The notes beneath the pieces are model-generated. The model had not been told where the DNA came from. It did not search any database and was given only the letters and a program-made list of their open reading frames with translations. This document shows positions 1-6,023 of a stretch of DNA of 24,000 nt, one piece after another. Each line of letters opens with the position of its first letter. Position 1 is the first letter of the stretch. A program made the position numbers and the translations under genes. Origin of the DNA: Kitasatospora purpeofusca (GTDB lineage: Bacteria > Actinomycetota > Actinomycetes > Streptomycetales > Streptomycetaceae); NCBI RefSeq assembly GCF_000718025.1, contig NZ_JODS01000002.1:405972-429971 (forward strand). Reading direction: 5' to 3'.

Positions 1-86
1 CACGTACGACCGGCAGGATCCGCACGACCCGCACCATCCGCACGACCAGCACCATCCGCACGACCCGCTCCAGCAGAAGGAACTGA
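1..86 (+). CDS. 3' end of an upstream ORF (partial), possibly the CvnA-like sensor kinase that normally heads a conservon
   Basis: Frame 3 (codons from nt 3) has G/C at almost every third position and stops at TGA 84-86, 3 nt before the next ATG. Frame 1 has poor GC3 and frame 2 never stops. The tail reads ...IRTTRTIRTTSTIRTTRSSRRN*. The cvnA-like identity is inferred only from conservon gene order. Confidence 0.35.
   Translation, partial: RTTGRIRTTRTIRTTSTIRTTRSSRRN
18..71 (+). repeat. 18-bp in-frame tandem repeat x3 (atccgcacgacccgcacc / atccgcacgaccagcacc / atccgcacgacccgctcc)
   Basis: Direct reading shows three adjacent 18-mers with 1-2 mismatches, encoding IRTTRT/IRTTST/IRTTRS in the inferred frame. 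Confidence 0.8.
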
Positions 87-89
87 TTC

Positions 90-509
90 ATGACCACTTC
101 GACGCAGTCGTCCGGAGACCTCAACTGGCTCCTGGACGACCTGGTGGGCCGAGTGGCCGCCCTGCGCCACGCGGTGATCCTCTCCGGCGACGGCCTGGCC
201 ACCGGCGCCTCCCGCGACCTCGCCCGGGAGGACGCCGAGCACCTTGCCGCCGTCGCGGCCGGCTTCCACAGCCTGGCGAAGGGCGCCGGCGGGCACTTCA
301 AGGTCGGCGGCGTGCGCCAGACCATGGTCGAGCTGGACGAGGCCTTCCTGTTCATCACCGCGGCCGGCGACGGCAGCTGCCTGGCGGTGCTGAGCGAGGC
401 CGAGGCCGACATCGGCCAGATCGCCTACGAGATGGCCCTGCTGGTCAAGCGGGTCGGCGAGCACCTGGCCGCCGAACCGCGAGCCGACGTGGCTCCGCCC
501 GGGAGATGA
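90..509 (+). CDS. Roadblock/LC7 domain protein (conservon CvnB-like)
   Basis: 139-aa ORF. The N-terminus ...DLNWLLDDLVGRVAALRHAVILSGDGL... and ...LFITAAGDGSCLAVL... are typical of actinomycete roadblock/LC7 (MglB-like) proteins. AGAAGGA lies 8 nt upstream of the ATG. The stop overlaps the next start (ATGA). Confidence 0.9.
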   Translation: MTTSTQSSGDLNWLLDDLVGRVAALRHAVILSGDGLATGASRDLAREDAEHLAAVAAGFHSLAKGAGGHFKVGGVRQTMVELDEAFLFITAAGDGSCLAVLSEAEADIGQIAYEMALLVKRVGEHLAAEPRADVAPPGR

Positions 510-1108
510 GCGGTCCGATGGCGGACGAGGAGCCGAAGGCGGTGGCGGCCGACCCGGAGCCGCCCGGACCGGGCGCGCCCGGCCCGGGGACGGCCGGATC
601 CGGCACGACCGGAGCGGACGCGGCCGGAACGACCGGCGGGGAAGCCGCCGACCGGGGTCCGGACGGCCCGGACGGCCCGGACGGCGACGGGTCGGGACTC
701 GACCTGTTCCGGCCGCGGACCCCGGTCGACGACCGCTGGTTCGACGACGAGGCCGGCCCGGTGGTGCGCCTCTACTCGATGACCCGGGGCCGGGCCCGAC
801 CGGTCGAGGACGGCCTGTTCGACCTGATCTCGCTGATCGTCGCCAAGGACCCGGCGCCGGTCGCCGCGGCCGTCCCCGCCCATGTGCTGGACCCCGAGCA
901 CCAGACCATCCTGGCCTGGTGCCGCCGGGAGCCGATCTCGGTGGCCGAGCTCGGCTCCTACACCGACCTGCCGGTCAGCGTCGTACGCGTCCTGCTCGGC
1001 GATCTCTACGACGCCGAACTGATCAGCGTCACCCGACCCGTTCCGCTCGCCGAGCTGCCGGACGAGCGCCTGCTGCGAGACGTGATCAATGGACTCCGTG
1101 CGCTCTGA
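506..1108 (+). CDS. DUF742 domain protein (conservon CvnC-like)
   Basis: 200 aa. Disordered Pro/Gly/Asp-rich N-terminus, then ...VVRLYSMTRGRARP... and a C-terminal wHTH-like ...ISVAELGSYTDLPVSVVRVLLGDLYDAELI... characteristic of DUF742. ATGA overlap with the roadblock gene. Confidence 0.9.
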   Translation: MSGPMADEEPKAVAADPEPPGPGAPGPGTAGSGTTGADAAGTTGGEAADRGPDGPDGPDGDGSGLDLFRPRTPVDDRWFDDEAGPVVRLYSMTRGRARPVEDGLFDLISLIVAKDPAPVAAAVPAHVLDPEHQTILAWCRREPISVAELGSYTDLPVSVVRVLLGDLYDAELISVTRPVPLAELPDERLLRDVINGLRAL

Positions 1109-1775
1109 CCTCCACGCCCCCGCCACCGCCCCGGGCCCCGCGTACGACGGGGGCGCCGGGCGGGCCAACGACCCGCGCTGGCGCGGCGGTCCGGCGGTCG
1201 CGGTGAAGATCCTGGTCGCCGGCGGCTTCGGCGCGGGCAAGACCACCCTGGTCGGATCGGTCAGCGAGATCCGGCCGCTGCGCACGGAGGAGGAGCTCAG
1301 CGAGCTGGGCCGCCCCGTGGACGACACCGCCGGCGTCGAGGCCAAGCGCACCACCACGGTGGCGATGGACTTCGGCCGGATCGACCTGCGGCCCGGGCTC
1401 GCGCTCTACCTGTTCGGCACGCCCGGCCAGGACCGGTTCTGGTTCGTCTGGGACGAGCTGGCCCGGGGCGCGCTCGGCGCGCTGGTGCTGGCCGACACCC
1501 GGCGGCTGGCGGACTGCTTCCCCTCGGTGGACTTCTTCGAGCAGCGGCGGATCCCGTTCCTGGTCGCCGTGAACTGCTTCGAGGGCAGTGAGCTGTTCTC
1601 GCCCGAGGAGGTCAGGGACGCGCTCGACCTGGACCCGGACATCCCGGTGGTGCTGTGCGACGCCCGCCGCCGCGAGGACGGCAAGGAGCTGCTGGTGGCC
1701 CTGGTCGAGCACGCGGCGGCGCGCCGGGGGACGAGCACCGGGACGAGCACGGGGACGAGCGCCGGGGCACGCTGA
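1089..1775 (+). CDS. Small ATP/GTP-binding protein (conservon CvnD-like, MglA/Ras-like GTPase)
   Basis: 228 aa. P-loop GGFGAGKTT, DxxG-like FGTPGQDRF, and NCFE in the NKxD position. Overlaps the DUF742 gene by 20 nt. The C-terminus carries a (GTST)n repeat. Confidence 0.9.
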   Translation: MDSVRSDLHAPATAPGPAYDGGAGRANDPRWRGGPAVAVKILVAGGFGAGKTTLVGSVSEIRPLRTEEELSELGRPVDDTAGVEAKRTTTVAMDFGRIDLRPGLALYLFGTPGQDRFWFVWDELARGALGALVLADTRRLADCFPSVDFFEQRRIPFLVAVNCFEGSELFSPEEVRDALDLDPDIPVVLCDARRREDGKELLVALVEHAAARRGTSTGTSTGTSAGAR

Positions 1776-2040
1776 GCCCGCCCGGTCCCGCCCGGCCCCG
1801 CCCGGCCGGGTCCCCCGCCCCGGCCCGACAGGTGGCGTCTCATCAGGGTGTTCACATGCCGGACGATCCTGGGCGAGCAGGTTGCCTTGACGGGCCCGGC
1901 GTGGAAGGCTCTGGTGACGAAGGCCGCCCGGGCCCATTGCCGGGATGCCTCGAACGTGCCGCGCACCCGGTGTGCGTCCGGCACGCGTGTCGCAGCGCGG
2001 TACGGGACGTACCGGCAGACCGAGGGGGGAGGACCGAACC

Positions 2041-2169
2041 ATGAACGTCGAGCAGCGATGTGCCGCGGCCGGGTCCGCCCAAGCCGATCTCGCCATGCCG
2101 GCCACCCCGGCGCTGACCGTCCGGCGGTACATCGACCACGCGCTCATCTGCAGCGCCTGTTGTCGCTGA
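2041..2169 (+). CDS. Candidate 42-codon Cys-containing sORF (MNVEQRCAAAGSAQADLAMPATPALTVRRYIDHALICSACCR)
   Basis: ATG 2041 is preceded by GGAGGA (2028-2033, 7-nt spacer). GC3 is about 85% in this frame and lower in the competing frame 3 over the same span. It ends GCC TGT TGT CGC TGA, nucleotide-identical to the end of the sORF at 4648-4692. No homology-based support. Confidence 0.45.
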   Translation: MNVEQRCAAAGSAQADLAMPATPALTVRRYIDHALICSACCR

Positions 2170-2533
2170 CCTCGCCCACCGTCGCCAGCCACCTCACCGT
2201 CACCGCCGTTCGCCGCCCGGGGGATCTCCCGGCCGGTGCGCCCCTGCCGGAACCACCGGACGGGCCCGGCGGACGCTGACGGTCCATCGCATCGTCGACC
2301 CGGCAGCACCGGACAGCAGTCCGGTGGGCCGTCGTCGGCCCTGCCCGCTTTGCGGAGAGCACCAGTGAAATTCCTCGAACCGTTCTGGCCGTCCCGCCAG
2401 CCACACCTGTTCGACCAGACGTGTCCGGGCTCGCCCAGCGCGTCCCGGCACTCCCTCCGCTGACCTCGGGTCGGTCCACGGCAGCACGCCCGGTAGACGC
2501 GCAGACGACTCCACCCCGTCCGTCACGCGCGAA

Positions 2534-3451
2534 ATGAGCGACACCATGTCCTCCACCTCCACGGCCACTCTTCCTCTCCCCTCCGCGACCCCGCACCTGC
2601 GCGCGGTCCGCTCCGTCCCGTCCCCCGCCGACCGCCGGCACGGGGGTCCCGCGCCGCAGCGCCCGGCCGCCGGCCAGCCCGGCTCCGTGCCGCAGGGGCC
2701 GTCCCAGTCCGGCTTCGGGCAGCCCGGCTTCGGCGCGTCCGGTTTCGCCCCGTCGGGGTCGGCCCGGGTCGCCGCCGCCGCGGTCCCGTCCGTCCCGCAG
2801 ATCGTTCCGGCGCTCCCGCCGCAGGCGCTGCTCGCGGCGCTGCCCGAGGGTGCGGCCGTGGTCGCGGCGCTGCCCCAGGGCTCGCTGCCGCAGGCCCTGC
2901 TGGCCCAGTACGGTGCTCAGTTCGGCGCCTCGGCGGGGCAGCCGATGGTCGGTTACCTGGTGCTGGTCCCGGCCGAGGGCGGAGTCGCCGCCGCGCCGGG
3001 TGCCGGGCAGCAGGGCTTCCCGACCGCCTCGATCCCGGCCCCGCAGGCCGGTCCGGTCGCCGCCGTCGGGGCCTCCGTCCTCGGTGCGCCCGGTACCGGT
3101 GGCCTCGGGGTCCCCGGAGTCGGGACCGCCGCCGCGGCCGGCACGCGACCGGTGCGGCCCGTCGGCCGGGGGATCACGGTCGACACCGAGCGCCGGAACG
3201 CTTACGTGGACGGCCAGTTGCTCGACCTGACGTACCTGGAGTTCGAGCTGCTCGCCCACCTGACGGAGCACCCGCAGCGGGTGCACACCCGCGACCACCT
3301 GGTCTCCGCCGTCTGGGGCTACGGCCACGTCGGCGACGGCCGCACGGTGGACGTGCACGTGGCCAGGCTTCGCCGCAAGCTCGGAGCGGCCTACCGCGAC
3401 AGCATCGTGACGGTGCGTCGGGTCGGTTACAAGTACACGCCGGTGGCCTGA
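2534..3451 (+). CDS. Orphan OmpR/PhoB-type winged-helix DNA-binding protein (no receiver domain; long disordered N-terminus)
   Basis: 305 aa. C-terminal ...LDLTYLEFELLAHLTEHPQRVHTRDHLVSAVWGYGHVGDGRTVDVHVARLRRKLG...IVTVRRVGYKY matches the Trans_reg_C effector domain. The first ~210 aa are Pro/Ala/Gly/Gln-rich low complexity. Strong GC3. The start could instead be ATG 2546. Confidence 0.8.
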   Translation: MSDTMSSTSTATLPLPSATPHLRAVRSVPSPADRRHGGPAPQRPAAGQPGSVPQGPSQSGFGQPGFGASGFAPSGSARVAAAAVPSVPQIVPALPPQALLAALPEGAAVVAALPQGSLPQALLAQYGAQFGASAGQPMVGYLVLVPAEGGVAAAPGAGQQGFPTASIPAPQAGPVAAVGASVLGAPGTGGLGVPGVGTAAAAGTRPVRPVGRGITVDTERRNAYVDGQLLDLTYLEFELLAHLTEHPQRVHTRDHLVSAVWGYGHVGDGRTVDVHVARLRRKLGAAYRDSIVTVRRVGYKYTPVA

Positions 3452-3479
3452 GCACGCACCCCGCTCCTCGTCGCACAGC

Positions 3480-3569
3480 GCGTCCCGCTCCACCGCGTCC
3501 CGCTCCACCGCACGTCGCTGCACCGCACATCGCGTCACCGCGTCCCGCCGTACCGCGCGTCGCGTCACC
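3480..3569. repeat. Degenerate 15-bp tandem repeat x6 in a convergent intergenic region
   Basis: Units are gcgtcccgctccacc (x2 identical), gcacgtcgctgcacc, gcacatcgcgtcacc, gcgtcccgccgtacc and gcgcgtcgcgtcacc. Each ends in (c/t/g)cacc or tacc. The array lies between stop codons at 3451 (+) and 3633 (-). Confidence 0.8.
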
Positions 3570-3580
3570 GATCGGCCGGG

Positions 3581-3609
3581 GGCCGGGCGTTCTTCCCGAA
3601 CGCCCGGCC
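3581..3609. terminator. Bidirectional intrinsic-terminator-like hairpin
   Basis: Perfect 12-bp stem GGCCGGGCGTTC / GAACGCCCGGCC with a 5-nt loop, between convergent genes. No long U-tract, which is common in high-GC actinomycetes. Confidence 0.65.
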
Positions 3610-3632
3610 TCCTTCCGTGTTCTGACGTCGCC

Positions 3633-4415
3633 TCAGATCCGCTGGTCCGGCGGCAGCAGCAGGACCGCGAGCGCGGCGGCGCAGGTCCTGGCGTGGTCCA
3701 GGAACCAGTCCAGCCGCTCGTCGGTGAGGTGGACGGGCGTGGAGCGGACGGCGAGGGCGAACCTGGCCTGGCCGGCGCCGTCCAGCACCGGTACGGCGAC
3801 CGTGCGCACCCCGGTCTCCGACTCGCCGTCGTTCAGCGCGTGACCGGCCGTCCGGACCTTCGCCAGCTCCTCCGCCAGGCGCTCCGGCGCGGTGATGGTC
3901 CGGTCGGTGAACGGTGCCAGCGGGCCGAGCGTCGCCACGCCCGCGTCGCCGGGGCGGGGCCAGGCCAGCAGGACCTTGCCGAGCGCGGTCGAGTGGAGCG
4001 GTCGGCGCAGTCCGAGTCCGGTGTCCGGCCGGACCGAGGCGCCGACCAGTATCACCGCGTGCGGACCGCTGCGGATCGCGAGATCGGCGGCGGCGCCGGT
4101 GCGGCGGGACAGCAGGTCGAGCTCGGGCGCCGCCAGGTGCAGCCCGCGCTGGTGGAAGGTGAGTTGGCCGAGCTCGGCGACCGCCGGGCCGAGCCGGTAG
4201 CGGGCCGTGTGCTCGTCCTGCTCCAGGAAGGCGGCGCTGACCAGGGTGCGGGCCAGCCGGTGCGCCGTGGACACGGACAGGCCCATCCGGCGGGCCAGGT
4301 CCGAGGCGCTCAGGTCGGGGCCGTTGTCGTGGAAGCAGTGCAGCAGTCCGAGGGCCCGCTGAACGGCCTGGGCGCCGGCCGGCGGGCTCTGGGCGGCGGT
4401 GACGGCCTCGGCCAT
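3633..4415 (-). CDS. IclR family transcriptional regulator
   Basis: 260 aa. N-terminal wHTH ...VQRALGLLHCFHDNGPDLSASDLARRMGLSVSTAHRLARTL... and a C-terminal IclR effector domain (...LHSTALGKVLLA..., ...GHALNDGESETGVRTVAVPV...). Divergent from the sulfonate operon. Confidence 0.9.
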   Translation of the reverse strand: MAEAVTAAQSPPAGAQAVQRALGLLHCFHDNGPDLSASDLARRMGLSVSTAHRLARTLVSAAFLEQDEHTARYRLGPAVAELGQLTFHQRGLHLAAPELDLLSRRTGAAADLAIRSGPHAVILVGASVRPDTGLGLRRPLHSTALGKVLLAWPRPGDAGVATLGPLAPFTDRTITAPERLAEELAKVRTAGHALNDGESETGVRTVAVPVLDGAGQARFALAVRSTPVHLTDERLDWFLDHARTCAAALAVLLLPPDQRI

Positions 4416-4498
4416 GGCATCTCTCGTTCTGTCCGTGGCTCCGGTCGTTCACCGGAGTCGCTCCCAGACTATGGCAGCGTGTGCTGCGGGAATGTGTC

Positions 4499-4523
4499 AA
4501 CGGCGTTGCAAAAGGATGCCGTT
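4499..4523. promoter_or_regulatory. Inverted repeat AACGGC-N13-GCCGTT in the lowest-GC patch of the divergent intergenic region (candidate operator)
   Basis: Perfect 6-bp arms at 4499-4504 and 4518-4523 inside the A/T-enriched stretch tgtcaacggcgttgcaaaaggatgccgttcatgaacaagcaatcccatgatg. The binding protein is unknown; the adjacent IclR is the obvious candidate. Confidence 0.3.
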
Positions 4524-4647
4524 CATGAACAAGCAATCCCATGATGTGGCAAACCCTTGCTCCTGGCTCGCCCGCCGTGGAACGCTCGGCGCAGCGCACC
4601 GGGCAGCCCCGTCCGGCGGCGCCCGGACCGCGGGAAGGAGCAGTGCC

Positions 4648-4692
4648 GTGACGACCCACCGGTGCCCCTCCTCCCGCGCCTGTTGTCGCTGA
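4648..4692 (+). CDS. Candidate 14-codon Cys-rich leader sORF (MTTHRCPSSRACCR) of the sulfonate operon
   Basis: GTG 4648 with GGAAGGAG (4633-4640) 7 nt upstream. 3 Cys in 14 codons. Ends GCC TGT TGT CGC TGA. A C-rich, G-poor tract of about 145 nt follows, then the first operon gene. Confidence 0.55.
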   Translation: MTTHRCPSSRACCR

Positions 4693-4836
4693 CGCGCCCC
4701 GGCCCGCGCCGGTCCCGTACGACTCCGCCCCGCCCCCCGTTCCGTTCCACCGCGCCTGGTGACCCCGCACCGCGCCCGCCGCCCCGCCGTCGGCGCCGCG
4801 CACGCACCACGCCCCCGCCGCAGAGGACCAGCCACC

Positions 4837-5910
4837 GTGCCCAGTTCCGCCCGCAGTTCCGTCGAGGAGCCCTCGTCGACCGCCGCCGTTGCCCCGGGGC
4901 CGGTGCCCGACACCCTCTGGTTCACCCGCTGCCCGGTGCCCACCGCGACCGGCATCGCGGCCGACCGGGGCTGGCTGGGACGGGAGTTCGCCCCCGACGG
5001 CATCGCCGTCCGCTCGCTCCAGGACGTGCCTCCGGAGGTCGCTTCCGACCACCACTACACCCACGCCCTGACCGGGCTGTTCCGCGAGGGCGGCAATGTG
5101 CCGGCGCTCTGGGCCCGTTCGCGCGGCGAGCGGACCAGGCTGGTCGGGCTCACCTGGATCGAGGAGCGCCAGGTCGTCCTGGTCCGCTCCGGCAGCGGGG
5201 TCACCGAGCCCGGGCAGCTGCGCGGGCTGCGGCTCGCCGTCCCACACCATGGGATAGCCATCGACTTCTGGCGCGCGATGGCGCTGGCCGGCCTGCACGG
5301 AGCACTCTCGCTCGCGGGTCTCACGCCGGCGGACGTCGAACTGGTGGACGTGCCGGCCGCGCCGGGCGAAGGGCAGTGGGAGGCGGAGCTGACCGCGCTG
5401 CGGGACGGCGTCGTGGACGCGGTCTACGTGAAGGGCGCGCTCGCCGTCGAGGCGGCCCGACGGATCGGGGCGGAGGTCGCCGTCGACCTGGACGCCGTCC
5501 CGGACCGCCGGGCACGGGTGAACAACGGCACGCCCCGGCCGATCACCGTGCGCCAGGAACTGCTCGACGAGCACCCGGACCTGGTGGCCCGCTTCCTCGC
5601 CGTGCTGCTGGAGGCCGCCGACTGGGCCGCCGGGCAGCCGGCCGAGGTCGCTCGGATCCTGGGCGCCGAGACCGGAGCGGGGGAGGAGGGCGTCGCCGGG
5701 GCGTACGCCGCGGGCGGTCACCGCACCCTGCACCTCGATCTCTCCGAGGACCGCCTCGCCCTGCTGGAGCAGCAGGAGCGCTTCCTCGACCGGCACGGGT
5801 TCCTGGCCGGACCGGTCGACGTCCGGGCCTGGGCCGACCCGGAGCCGCTCCGCGCCGCCCGCGCGCTGCTCGCCGCCCGCCGCGCCGAGGGGCGGACGCA
5901 CGGTGGCTGA
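4837..5910 (+). CDS. DszB-like / NMT1-THI5-type substrate-binding-fold protein without signal peptide (possible sulfinate desulfinase-like enzyme)
   Basis: ...DTLWFTRCPVPTATGIAADRGWL... aligns, from my memory of it, with the N-terminus of Rhodococcus DszB (...DTLTYSNCPVPNALLTASESGFL...), including the nucleophile Cys, and with the ...R.GG..P... segment. No signal peptide or lipobox. GTG 4837 is preferred (AGAGGA upstream; GC3 deteriorates upstream of it); the track start 4759 is the alternative. Confidence 0.75.
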   Translation: MPSSARSSVEEPSSTAAVAPGPVPDTLWFTRCPVPTATGIAADRGWLGREFAPDGIAVRSLQDVPPEVASDHHYTHALTGLFREGGNVPALWARSRGERTRLVGLTWIEERQVVLVRSGSGVTEPGQLRGLRLAVPHHGIAIDFWRAMALAGLHGALSLAGLTPADVELVDVPAAPGEGQWEAELTALRDGVVDAVYVKGALAVEAARRIGAEVAVDLDAVPDRRARVNNGTPRPITVRQELLDEHPDLVARFLAVLLEAADWAAGQPAEVARILGAETGAGEEGVAGAYAAGGHRTLHLDLSEDRLALLEQQERFLDRHGFLAGPVDVRAWADPEPLRAARALLAARRAEGRTHGG

Positions 5911-6023
5911 CGGGTAGCGGCCGACACTTCCCGCAAGCCGTCGGTCCGCCGCCCGCGACCCCCGCCCCGTACCCCGCCAGGCACCCCCCCGCCCGCACCC
6001 CTCAGACCTCAGGAGCCGACCCC

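Noticed and set aside
2-1108. Frame 2 is open from nt 2 to 1108 and has high GC3 in the first 90 nt (His-rich TYDRQDPHDPHHPHDQHHPHDP...).
   Set aside because: It would have to read through the whole roadblock gene. Frame 3, which stops at 84-86 just before the next start, is the consistent choice, although the frame assignment of this 86-nt fragment remains uncertain.
1776-2040. Coding-like GC3 periodicity (about 84-86%) in plus frame 3 and its minus-strand mirror (ORFs 1848-2279(+) and 1406-1984(-)) in an otherwise gene-free gap.
   Set aside because: Neither ORF has a sensible boundary: one runs through the sORF, and the other overlaps 370 nt of the GTPase gene. Neither translation resembles a family I know. 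It could be a decayed gene remnant, which I cannot resolve without database searches.
2041-2169. The Cys-containing 42-aa sORF considered as a RiPP (lanthipeptide or thiopeptide-like) precursor.
   Set aside because: No modification, protease or export genes are adjacent. The terminal block is shared with a 14-codon leader of a sulfur-scavenging operon, so a regulatory leader peptide is the more economical reading. This is not formally excluded.
2365-2463. A possible 32-codon sORF, GTG 2365 (VKFLEPFWPSRQPHLFDQTCPGSPSASRHSLR), with GGAGAG upstream and high GC3.
   Set aside because: The only support is the SD-like hexamer and GC3. It has no Cys-pair motif, no recognisable family and no second line of evidence, so I left it unannotated.
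4471-4692. A longer 73-codon version of the ssu leader ORF starting at ATG 4471 (MAACAAGMCQRRCKRM...).
   Set aside because: Codon usage in 4471-4647 is poor (many A/T-ending codons). The stretch is the A/T-enriched promoter/operator patch and has no SD. The SD-led GTG 4648 start is far more plausible.
4420-4836. A SAM, other sulfur-related or T-box riboswitch in the ssu leader.
   Set aside because: I could not find the conserved cores of the SAM-I, SAM-IV or SAM-II classes, or a T-box specifier/T-box sequence. The region downstream of the sORF is C-rich and G-poor, which is unfavourable for a compact aptamer.
3565-5901. Very long track ORFs on the strand opposite to, or out of frame with, the called genes. 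Examples: 3565-5901(-) 778 aa, 8549-10780(-) 743 aa, 1086-2309(-), 2144-3568(-), 7837-8844(-), 10743-11960(-), 12166-13722(-), 13735-14982(-), 15328-17454(+), 18083-19402(-), 18232-20175(+), 20172-21629(-).
   Set aside because: They are Arg/Gly/Pro/Ala-rich with no recognisable domains and fully overlap genes that have strong family signatures. These are typical shadow ORFs of stop-poor frames in very high-GC DNA.
4557-6023. The N-terminal ~490 codons of the 829-aa ORF 4557-7046.
   Set aside because: Only the last 340 codons (from GTG 6024, with SD, signal peptide and lipobox) look like a protein (SsuA). The upstream part is Arg/Pro junk that overlaps the DszB-like gene in another frame.
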